64,000 bases of DNA from Strigamia acuminata (lineage: Eukaryota): NCBI GenBank assembly GCA_949358305.1, contig OX442314.1, forward strand, positions 13,082,001 to 13,146,000. Direction: 5' to 3'. The notes below the pieces were generated by a model. That model did not search any database and was not told the DNA's origin. It saw only the letters and a program-made list of their open reading frames with translations. Within the stretch, counting starts at the first letter, position 1, and each line of letters opens with the position of its first letter. Both the position numbers and the translations under genes were made by a program. Shown piece after piece: positions 39,546 to 49,971 of this stretch.

Positions 39546-40364
39546 TTACAGGTTTACTTTCGTTCGAACATTGAACTGAGTCTTAACAACAGTAGGATTA
39601 TCAGCACCAGTAGGTCTAAATTCACTGCGAAAAGTAACTGGTCGAATAAAATTACCATTATGACAATGAATTCCACAAAACGTGTAAATGTCGGGCTTAT
39701 AGTAAAGTATGGCTTTGACACCAAGTTTTCGGATATTGGCTTCCAAATTAATAATTTCATTCACAAGTTGATTCTTGGTGTATACGCAAATTGCATGCAA
39801 TCCCCCAATAGATTTGGTGCTCACTCTGGCATAATTTGAAAATCCATCGAATTCGTTCTCCGCTATCGCATTCACTATCGAATCCCACACTGAATCAACG
39901 TCGCTAGACGGAACGAGAAATAGCCATTTACCACTTTGAATGTTAAACTGTTGCTTAAGTCTTTCAATGTTGATGGAAGTCAAGTATCCATGAAAATGCA
40001 AAAGTCGATAATATTCCGCTCGGAGACACTTGACGTCGGTCGGGTTATAATCGATGCTGTTAAATGAAGGTCCATGCATTCCAAGCCATTTGAGTTTTTT
40101 ACATATTCTGTAAGAAAACAAAAAATATATATATATATATACATTGAAATAACGTTCTAATTAAATCATCGTAAAATACTTGAAAACTTGAGTTGGCTGG
40201 TATTTCGCGGCGTCTGAAAATGGCATCTCTAGTATAATGTGAAAACGAATTGCGAGACTAATGTGACCTTTTCTTTGGTCTGTCTGCGTGGCCACACTTT
40301 TCGTTTCCGTGATCTCGATTTTCGAAACTTCAGCCACGATCTCGTTTCGCGAAACTTCAGCCAT
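39546..40364 (-). CDS. C11orf68/BLES03 (DUF1917/UPF0696) family protein, divergent copy E (248 aa)
   Basis: Exons 40180-40364 and 39546-40107 (747 nt, phase-2 intron). Motifs SGKWL, VDSVW, YARVS, HAICVYT, YKPDIYTFCGI. Confidence 0.85.
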
Positions 40365-40439
40365 TCTGATTAATCCTAGGTTTGGAATACTGCAACACTT
40401 GTGAGAGTTCCTGGCAGAGTTACTAGATGTTTCCGCGTT

Positions 40440-40732
40440 GTTTCTGACTGGATGATTAAGCAGACAGCTGAATAAAAACTGTCGTTGATCTTGGAATGGA
40501 AATTCTATAAACAACTATGAGTTGCTGCCAAAACTAGCGTTGTCAACGATTGGACGATTAAACACACATCAGAATGGTTAAAGAGAAACTAGCTTTGATC
40601 CTGGAATGCTGCAAACGATTGTCAGAGTTTCTGGCCAGAACTGGCTGCTTTATACTTCCCGGGGTTGTCTCTGATTGGACGATTAACCTGATTGGTTGAA
40701 GAGAAACATGCTTTGCACCTTGCTTGGAATGA
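40440..40732. promoter_or_regulatory. Repeated CCAAT-box modules upstream of copy E
   Basis: Three diverged ~110-125-bp modules, each with GA(T/C)TGGA(C/T)GATTAA and ending ..TGGAATG. Several ATTGG (CCAAT on the minus strand) lie 80-370 bp 5' of the ATG. Confidence 0.45.
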
Positions 40733-41876
40733 ACTGGTCAACGGCGCTGAATATTTTACCTAGCATTTTACAGCAAGTCTATTCTGTAGATGGGGTATGT
40801 AACAGTTTCAACCAATCGCAGATCTTTGGGTAATTATTCAAGCCTGCTCTATCGTCAATGTGGACAATTAATTAATAAACTGGTGAAGTTTTGAATTGAG
40901 AAACGCAACAAAGCACGTAAGAATATTAAATTAAATTTAATATTTTATTTTTGATTTCTCCGACGTGATAATGAAGTTAAATGGATCTGAATTGAGTCGT
41001 AACTGACGTTTTGTCAATTTTTAAATAACTTATTTATTGTGGCTTTGAATTTTAATAGTTTTGATAGGTCTGTTTAAATTTATGAGTTTTGGTTCTGAAA
41101 GAATAATAAAATACTTCTGAAAGTTAAAAGTTTATTATTCAAATATGTTAAATGAAACGTGTAAATAATTTGCATAGATACGAGTGTTTTTCATGAAAGT
41201 ACAAATATTAACATTAAAATCCAATCGCAATATTATCGCTTATTTTTTTTTAACAGAAATGTTCTAATTACTATACCCACAAAATTAAAACAAGTACTTA
41301 AAATGGAAACATAAATTTATTAATGACATGCAAAATACAAAAAAATCATGCTAATAGGCCTACTCCAAAAAATTGACCACAAAATTACATCAATTAGAAA
41401 AGAAAAAGTCTTTAGTCTTTTTCAATTAAGATCCAAGCAAGGGTGTGAGTATCATTTTAGAAAGTTAAAATGCGGTGATTTAATGTGTATTCATGTAAAC
41501 TAATTCATTAATTTTTAAATGTATATTCATTTTTATTTTTATTTAATTACACAATATTTGCCGCCAAATATTGGAGCGCATCCATCGCTTACTTTTTATT
41601 GGCTGTCGCAAATCACGCGCTCATCACGGATCCGGTCGAAGCAGGAGAAAATTCAATTTGCAGGATCAAATATTCAAATTAGCCGAATCGTTGCAGGATC
41701 AAAATTTTCTAAAACTTTAATCGTGATTTTAAGTTACCGTAATTCAATTCCGTCACCAATACTTGGCATTCAAATCCCTTTCAAACTTGCTTTGTTCGGT
41801 TTCCGGAAGTGAACCAACATTGCGCGGGAACTGCAAACGAAATAAATCCGTAAACAGACTAAACATTCGTCGTACG

Positions 41877-42581
41877 ATGGGAGCACATTTCGGTCGATGG
41901 ATTACATTCGATGCTAGTAAACCCGCTGACACATCATCTCAAAAGTTTGAAGATTGGTTAAACGAAAATAAACCATCTAAAGTGCCCAAGTGAGTACGGC
42001 AAATCAAAAAATCATATAAATATATTAAAAATCATTTTATTTTGAATAGAAAAAGTGGCGTAAGTTGGCTAAGTGTTTGCGGTAAATCGAGTAAACTTGA
42101 CGACAAAATTGACAAAACTGCTCTCGAGGAAGAATGGAATGCGTCATCTAAATCTCACACGAATTACGATGCAATAAAAGCGCTCGCAGTCAAGCACAAG
42201 TATACAAGCGGCAAGTGGATGTTTTATGTCCAAACTGGAGAAGAAGCGGACGAAGCTTGGATGACTGTGGCTACAGAAATCGTCCATAATGAATTGAATG
42301 GAACTTCAAACGCTGCCAAAATTAGTCCTCACGATCCATCACAAACAACGCATGTTGTGTGTATTTACAATAAGGATTTTACTGACCAAAAGGATGTATT
42401 GGGTTTGGAAAAAGCAATAAGAGATGCTGGCATCAAACACATACTGCGTTACAAACCAGATATTTACACCACTTGTGGTATTTATGCCAATAACGCTCGG
42501 AATTTTGGTCTGAATAAACCTGTTACATTTGTCAGCACGTACGATGAGAAAAGAGGAAAATCGATAATTGAAAAAACCTGA
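41877..42581 (+). CDS. C11orf68/BLES03 (DUF1917) family protein, copy A (214 aa)
   Basis: Exons 41877-41989 and 42050-42581: WITFD...FEDWL...PSKV...VSWLSV...SGKWM...AWM.VA...AKISP...HVVCIYNKDFTD...IRDAGIK...YKPDIYTTCGIYANN. Confidence 0.9.
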
Positions 42582-42706
42582 AAGAATTATCTAAAACTTT
42601 TAATGATAAAAATATTTTTTATAAAAGTTTATTTTATCTTTTTCACGTGATAAAGAAAAGTTGTAATCAAATTAAAGTGCAACGTGCAAAAATTGGTAAT
42701 TGCAAA

Positions 42707-43398
42707 ATGGCGGTGAATTATGGGTGGATAACATACGATGCAAAGGCTCCAACCATTGAATTCAAAGATTGGTTGGATCAAACGAAACCATCACAAGTTT
42801 CTAGGTATGTTTTGGAGTAAAATTGGCATTTAATATCGAATTTAATTGAATTTTTGTTAGTCAAAGTGGCGTAAGTTGGATATGTGTTCGGGGGAAATCG
42901 AATAAACCAAAATCGAGAGAAGATATATCCGGTTTGAATGAAGAATGGAAGAAAATATCCAGAGCGAGAGCATGCGTGAGCTTCGAAGCGATGAAAGAAT
43001 TGGCAATCAAATTTAATTACACGAGCGGCAAATGGCTTTTCCACGTCAAAACCGGTGCAGACGCGGATGAAGTCTGGCGTATTATAGCGACTGAAATAAT
43101 TGATAACGAATTAAATGGAACTTCAACCGTTGCCAAAATAAGTTCGAAAAATCCATCGGAAAGAATGCACGTAGTTTGCATCTATAATGAGGATTTCACG
43201 AGCGAAAAAGATGTAATTGCTTTAGAAAAGGCAATACGGGAAGCTGGAATTAAACATACACTTCGCTACAAACCGGATATTTACACCACGTGTGGTATTT
43301 ACGCCACTAATGCTAGAAAATTTGGTTTGAAAAAACCCGTGGTGTTTGTCAGCGAGTACGATGAAAAAACAAGAAAATCTAAACTAGAAAAATACTGA
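42707..43398 (+). CDS. C11orf68/BLES03 (DUF1917) family protein, copy B (211 aa)
   Basis: Exons 42707-42804 and 42861-43398; same motif set and the same phase-2 intron; starts only 125 nt after the copy A stop. Confidence 0.88.
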
Positions 43399-44072
43399 AA
43401 ACAATTTAATATTTTATTGTATCAAGAAAAAAGTAAATCAATTGATTTGACCAATGTTTTAATATCTACATAATTAAATATGTTAAATGAAAACTTGTGA
43501 ATAAATTGCATAGATTTGAATGTACAATATGAAATATGACGACCAGATAATTACATCCAAATCTAGCAAATAGAAAAGGAAGAAAGTCCTTTCAATTTCT
43601 AAAGTTGCGAGTAGCATTTTTGTAACTAGAAATGCAGTGAAAAATTTGTAGTCCCGGTAATTATTTAATTCATACGTGTCTCTTCATTATTTTGTATTTA
43701 TTTTTTATTTCTATTTAAATACACAATATTTGCCGCCAAACATGAAGTGCAACCATCATTCACTTTTTGATTGGTTGTCTCATATGTGTTCCAATCACAT
43801 GCTTGTCTCCACGAATCCACAGATCTCGACCCAATTGGCAGGATCAAATGACCCAATTGGCAGGATCAAGTTATGTTGGACGACGTCGTTCAACCTTGAT
43901 TAGCAGGACCGTTGCATCAACAAAACTCCGTATAATTTAATTTTTTTCAATTCCATCATTAATCTCTGACCATTCAAACTTTATTGCTTTTTCAGTTTCC
44001 AAAAGTGAAAACAATCAAGACTGCGCGGGAATTGCAAACTGAAATAAATCCGTGAACATCCGTCATACCAAG

Positions 44073-44773
44073 ATGGCAGCACATTTAAATCAATGGATTA
44101 CATTCGACGCCAGTAAACCCATTGAAACTTCATCCCAATCGTTTGAAGATTGGTTAAATGATAATAAGCCATCTAAAGAGTATGTAAAATCAAAAAATCA
44201 TTTAAAAATATTTAAATAAACCATTTTATTTTTAATAGAAACAGCGGCGTGAGTTGGATAAGTGTTCGCGGTAAATCGAATAACCCTGACGACAATGTAG
44301 ACACAACTGCCATAGAGGAGGAATGGAAAGAAACACCTAAATATGACATGGATTACGATACAATCAAAGCCCTCGCAGTAAAGTACAAACATACGAGCGG
44401 CAAATGGCTTTTTCACGTAAAAACCGGAGAAGAGGCGGACGAAGTTTGGCGAAATGTGGCGACAGAAATCGTTAATAATGAATTAAATGGAAGTTCAACC
44501 GCAGCCAAAATTAGTCCTCGCAATCCTTCACAAGCAGCACATGCTGTGTGTATTTACAGTAAGGATTTTACTGATGAAATGGATGTCCGGGATTTGGAAA
44601 AAGCAATCAGAAATGCTGGTATCAAACACGTACTTCGTTACAAACCAGATATTTTTACCACTTGTGGAGTTTATGCCAATAACGCTCGGAATTTTGGTCT
44701 GAATAAATCAGTTATATTTGTCAGCACGTACAACAAGCAAACAAGAAAGTCGACAATTGTAAAAAGCAGATAA
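44073..44773 (+). CDS. C11orf68/BLES03 (DUF1917) family protein, copy C (A-type, 213 aa if not spliced to D)
   Basis: Exons 44073-44179 and 44239-44773; closest to copy A in both coding and upstream sequence. Confidence 0.9.
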
Positions 44774-44825
44774 TTCAAACTCCTTTATCAAAAACTTTAT
44801 TTTAACGATAAATTTATGTTTTTAG

Positions 44826-45635
44826 AAAAATATTGATTTATCATTATCAATCGATGAGAGAAGCTGGGATGAACAGGGTGAAATCGATGGAGGTGAAACG
44901 GATGAAGATGAAACGGGTGAAATCGTTTTAATTAATTGCAAAATTGAAGTGGACCAAGGATGGATAACATACGACGCTAAGACTTCAACCATTGAATTCA
45001 AAGATTGGCTGGATCAGACGAAGCCATCGCAAGTTTCTAGGTATGATTTGTTGTAGAATTGACACTTAAATGTCGAATTTAATTGAATTTTTGTTAGTCA
45101 AAATGGCGTAAATTGGATATGTGTTCGGGGGGAATCGAATAACCCAAACTCGATAGAAGATATATCCGGTTTGAATGAAGAATGGAAGGAAATACAGATA
45201 AGGAGAGATCGCGTGCGCTTCGAAACGTTGAAGGAGTTGGCAATCAGATTTAATCACACGGGCGGCAAATGGCTTTTCCACGTCGAAACTGGCGCAGACG
45301 CGGATGAGGCTTGGCGTATTGTAGCAACTCAAGTAATTGAGAACGAATTTCATGGAACGTCCAGCCTTGTCAAAATAAGTTCTCGAAATCCGTCGGGAGG
45401 GACACACGTGATTTGCATTTACAACGAGGATTTCACGAGAGAAAGTGATGTTCTTTCCTTAGAAACTGCAATACGAGGAGCTGGAATTAAATACACGCTT
45501 CGCTATAAACCGGACATTTACACCACGTGCGGTATCTACGCCAATAATGCTAGGAAATTTGGTTTGAAAAAACCCGTCGTGTTTATCAGCGAGTACAATG
45601 AAAATACGAGAACGTCGAAACGAAGAAAATGCTGA
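44826..45635 (+). CDS. C11orf68/BLES03 (DUF1917) family domain, copy D (B-type; no in-frame ATG in its first exon, probably second half of a C-D fusion)
   Basis: The position of B's ATG is ATT (44943). The frame is open from the acceptor TTTTTAG|44826 to donor 45040; exon 45098-45635 is intact with all family motifs. Confidence 0.75.
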
Positions 45636-45742
45636 AAATAATTTAACATTTTATTGTATTAAAAAAAATAATTTAATTTTTACTAATGTTTTAATATAGC
45701 TGTATAATTGTCATAAAATTCCTATGAATAATTTCAGTAATT

Positions 45743-47019
45743 TCATGTGGTGTCTTCTTCCAACGATAGTTTTAGAGCTGCTTTCAACAAGGTCGCTTCG
45801 TCGTCATCTATTGCTGCTGTTTTGCTTTGGTTATTCGCAGACGATGAAAAGAAAATGTTGTCCGATGCTAATTGTTTTTGTTTACTTCGATTCCTATATT
45901 GGTTTGTGTCTTCTAGACAATTATTTGAGCCCGATGCAAAGTTGGAGTTATATTCTAACAAACAAAAGAGTTTAAATAATCAAAATAATTATAAGTACCG
46001 TATTACTGTTTTCACCTTGTAAACTTAACCAGAGTATTTCTCGTAATTGACTTTCGTCTCTTCCGTTAGTTTTTGATTCGTTTTGCACTTCTAAATCAAA
46101 TAATAAACATGGTTTGATGACTTGTACTGCTGGTTTCAACCGCAAAACGCCATCAGATTCACATTGTGGCAACGATCCTTGAACTATGAATACTGAATAA
46201 CCTTCTTGTTGTAATTGCGCCAGAAACATCGCGAGATGTGTGTCCGAAATTAGTTCAGGTCCCGTGAGTAATGAATTCAAGTTAAACCACTGTGTACCCA
46301 ACTTTCGTACCGTAAACCAGTGGTCATGATAATTACAGATGAAAGCCAGCTGCTGACTGAAATGTAAAATATTTATATTTCCACGTATATTTATTTAAAT
46401 TGGTTTTATAATTTATACTAACTCTGGGTTGGTGTTCGCTGCCAGAGCACGGGGATTTCGACTAATGTACGGAATAAGCTCCAAGTTCCACACTTTGACT
46501 GCATTGGAGATCACTTGAATGGAAAAGTACCCGCTGTCGTCCATGTTTACAGATGGTTGCTAAATGAATTTAATATTTATGAATGAATGAATAAATTAAT
46601 TCGGTTTTATTTCATTCACTTTTAAAAATCGCTGATACTCTTCGCTGTCGACACTCGCTTCTGCCATTAGCTGTCGTTCTGCTTCATCCATATTTTGCGC
46701 TAACGTAGCCAAATCCACAGCCGTGAAATATTCTCCTTGTAAAAGCGCATTCAAACAATGTTGAGCGCATAATGAACCATATTGCTGAAAAAGTAAGTTA
46801 ATACAAATAAGACATTCAGATTTGTGCTTGGTGGTGGGTAGGAAAAAATAGGATTATCTTTATGAAATTGCATTTAATGAAAAATCTATTTTAGATTATT
46901 TTAGGAATTGCATGTGAATACTCAAAAAGTTGAGTAATAATGGATTTTGGAATGTTTAACTATGAGTTTTAAAGTTAAATGTCTCCCATTTTTACCTTCT
47001 CGTGAAAAATGTACTCCAT
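45743..47019 (-). CDS. ATXN3: Ataxin-3 (Josephin deubiquitinase with UIM-like motifs)
   Basis: MEYIFHEK|QYGSLCAQHCLNALLQGEYF...QPSVNMDDSGYFSIQVI...FICNYHDHWFTVRKLGTQWFNLNSLLTGPELISDT. Cys/His/Asn triad present; UIM-like DESQLREILWLSLQ and DDEATLLKAALKLSL; no polyQ. Confidence 0.95.
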
Positions 47020-47365
47020 TTTGGACTCCAGTATTATTCTGCGGTATTATGTCATATCTTTAATCTTGCAACGACTTTCATTAATTGTAACCAAACTGTT
47101 TATTTTCATTCTTTTTTATACCTTATTTTTTTCAAATTTTTTTTTTATTATAATTCTAATTTTTTCATACGATCAACTTTTTTAAACGGTTTGTTCGCTC
47201 CGCCGCTCCACTAAAACTGTCGACCAATCACAGCGTTAGAATTCACCGCGCACCTTTTGGATTTGATTTTTAAAAATCACGGTGGAATTTAAAAAAGAAA
47301 AAAAAAAGAGGCTACGGAGATTTAAACCTGCAACGATTTACTTGATCGTAGCATAGTGTCATAAA

Positions 47366-49069
47366 ATGCCATTAAGTCTAGAAGACTTTGAAGAATTATC
47401 GCGAGTAAGTGCGACAGGTGAGAGCGACGCAGGTGCAAAAAGTTCTCCCTGGATCAAAATTAAGAGGAAAAACGATGGCCAAGTAAGCTATTATTAGAAT
47501 TAATATTTTTTTTAAAACATATTTGCACATAATGTTTTTCAAACATTTATTTTCAGTATTTTATGTGGAAATCATTAAACTACCACTGGTTTACAGCCAA
47601 AGAAAAGGAAATTCTCATAACTGAACTTACCCAAATTCAAAATCTGAAACAAAATTACGTTTTACCGTGTTACGATCTCATCGACAACGCCTCAACCACA
47701 ACGATTTTTGTCATCACTGAGTACTGCGAGAATGGAAACATACATGAATTGATAAATAAATGTCGAATTGACGGGTTAGCGAGATAAACAAATGATTAAA
47801 AGTGATAATTCCATCATTAAAACTAAAATTTTGCATTTTTTAGAACATATCTACATGGCAACTTTATTTGGAAAATATTATATCAAATTCTGAGAGCACT
47901 GGAAAGCGTCGATTTATCTAAGAAATGCGAATTAGCACTGTACCATCAACTGCTGGCGAAAAACATATATTTGGATTCGAAATGGAACGTTAAATTAGGA
48001 GTCGTAGACATGGTTTTGGAACGTTATTTTTGTTTCCAGAAATCATTCTGCACTTACCCGTGGTTCATTTCTCCCGTAAATATTTTAATATTTGTATAAA
48101 ATTAAGAATTTACATGCAATTTTTAACGTTAAATTTCCCACAGGAGCAAATTAATAAATCACCTTGTACCGTAAAATCTGAAGTTTGGTCTGTCGGATGC
48201 ATAATATACGAATTGTGCGCCTTGATGCCTCCGTTTACAGCGGTTAATTGGACACAAATGATGGCGAAATTTAACCACGACAATTTCCAACGAATACCTT
48301 GGATTTATTCGGACGAGTTGCAAAATATCATTTGCGAAATGCTCACTTATAAGGTTCGTTTTTGAAGATTTTATATGAAAATGCAAATATTTATTGCTTT
48401 ATTTGTAGGAAGATGATAGACCAAGTATAGGAAAGTTGCTTTCGAAATCCATCTTCGCCCCTTTTCTGTCAAAAACAAAGAAACACGATTTCTGTGGCTC
48501 CATGTGGGACGTCATTTACCAGCACAAGCTGAAGGGAATCAACCACAAGGAAAAAGTGCTCGTTTTGCATGAAAAGAAGCTGAACGAACGACAAACTGAG
48601 ATTGAGGAATCGGAACGAAAACTCAATATGAAAATGAGGAATTTACAAGAACAATTGGACAGGTATAAGTTTTAAAAATAATTAAAATCAAGATTTGTTG
48701 GTTAAAATATCTCGATTTAAATGTTTTAGAGCGGAAAAAATTGTTGGACAGTTCACTATCAACAGAACATTTGCAAGTGCACCTGAATTAAACGCAGGTA
48801 CGTCATAAATTAGGAATTTAACGATTAAACAAACATAAAAATATGTTTTAGTTGACCCTTGCCCGCCGCCACTTCCAGTTAAAGTAAAGAAAAAAGTTCA
48901 TTTTAAATTCCAACAACCGGAAAAAGAAAATACATCCCGTTCAGAATTTGAAAAACACAGGCAAGAGCTGGAGAAACGTCTTCAAAAGGCACAAATGAAA
49001 GCTCTGAGTATCCGCAACGATGAAATCCAGTCTCGGCATGCTGATCGAATATCAACTTTACCTAGATAA
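47366..49069 (+). CDS. NEK2: NEK2-like protein, predicted pseudokinase (438 aa, 7 exons)
   Basis: Exons 47366-47482, 47557-47774, 47844-48075, 48144-48353, 48409-48662, 48730-48797, 48852-49069 (1317 nt, open). KRKNDGQ..MWK, EYCENG, NVKLG, SPEQ, KSEVWSVGCIIYELCALMPPFTA, RIPWIYSDEL, coiled coil, KKKVHF, KEN, LEKRLQKAQMKA. Confidence 0.88.
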
Positions 49070-49198
49070 TTACAACAAAAATCTCATTTCTACAATTTCT
49101 AACCTTATTTACTACATAACCTTATTTTATTTTACAACTAAATTACAATAAATTCAACGTAATTGCTATTTTAAGCCAATTTTTTTCAAACAAAAACA

Positions 49199-49460
49199 TT
49201 ATGAACGAAATTGTCCATGCGGCCAGGGCACTAGGCGTCCTTCGGGAAGATCTTCATCTTGAAACAACTTGCTTTTCCCTCGGTAGAACGTCATTCGTTC
49301 GGTTTCATCTCGATCCAGAAGCCACCCACCATAACCTAATAAGAATGGGATCATAAGTCCAAAAAATCTCTGTCTGAAATCCAAAAAATATTAAAATTAA
49401 ATTCGTGTTTGATGTTTGTTTAGTTTTGGGGTTACTCAACGGTGAATACGGCCTCCACAT
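49199..49460 (-). CDS. NDUFB1: NADH:ubiquinone oxidoreductase subunit B1 (MNLL)-like
   Basis: MWRPYSP|QRFFGLMIPFLLGYGGWLLDRDETERMTFYRGKSKLF...PW; exons 49441-49460 and 49199-49373. The G..LD..E.ERMT..R.KS.L motif is typical of MNLL. The donor CC|GTTGAG is atypical. Confidence 0.8.
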
Positions 49461-49462
49461 AT

Positions 49463-49636
49463 TTAATTTCCGGGTATTTTACTCGCTTTGTATTTCTGCG
49501 TGTAGCGGTAGTCGGCCAAGATTAAGGAGCCAGTAATTACTGGAAAGAGAATAGATATTCGGTAACGACGCCAAAAATTTAATGTCTTAACAAAGCCACT
49601 AATTTCTTCAGGTTTAGGCTTAGGCGTTGAGTCCAT
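49463..49636 (-). CDS. 57-aa single-TM small ORF immediately upstream of NDUFB1
   Basis: MDSTPKPKPEEISGFVKTLNFWRRYRISILFPVITGSLILADYRYTQKYKASKIPGN*; its TAA is 2 nt before the NDUFB1 ATG. Coding-like composition; below the 60-aa cutoff of the ORF track. Confidence 0.6.
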   Translation of the reverse strand: MDSTPKPKPEEISGFVKTLNFWRRYRISILFPVITGSLILADYRYTQKYKASKIPGN

Positions 49637-49971
49637 ATAAATGCCTACCTATGTTAAATCTGAATAAAAAAGAATAAGCGCATAATTATTTGTTGCGGAA
49701 TGGATACGAGTCAATAGTTCGATATGGACACTCACTACGCAAGGGCGGCCATTTGCAAAGTTTAAGCAATGGTGACTTTCTGATATTGTTAACAGATGTC
49801 GTTGTGTGTTGTTGTTTTTCTCGGTGATGACATCTATGGCTGCGCTGAACCACGCTGATGATGATAAATACTACTGATAAAGTTTAGTGTGAGTAAAAAT
49901 ATTTTTTTTAAGAATTTAGATAATATTGCTTGTGATTTTAATTTTATTTTCCTTATATATTTTGCAGAAAA

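Noticed and set aside
44854..44931. ATG-initiated start for copy D
   Set aside because: All ATGs here are in another frame (MREAGMNRVKSMEVKRMKMKRVKSF*) that stops before the DUF1917 domain.
45743..46020. PolyQ tract in ataxin-3
   Set aside because: No CAG/CAA run is present in the C-terminal exons.
49199..49636. Single fused protein of the small ORF and NDUFB1
   Set aside because: An in-frame TAA at 49463-65 ends the upstream ORF before any plausible donor.
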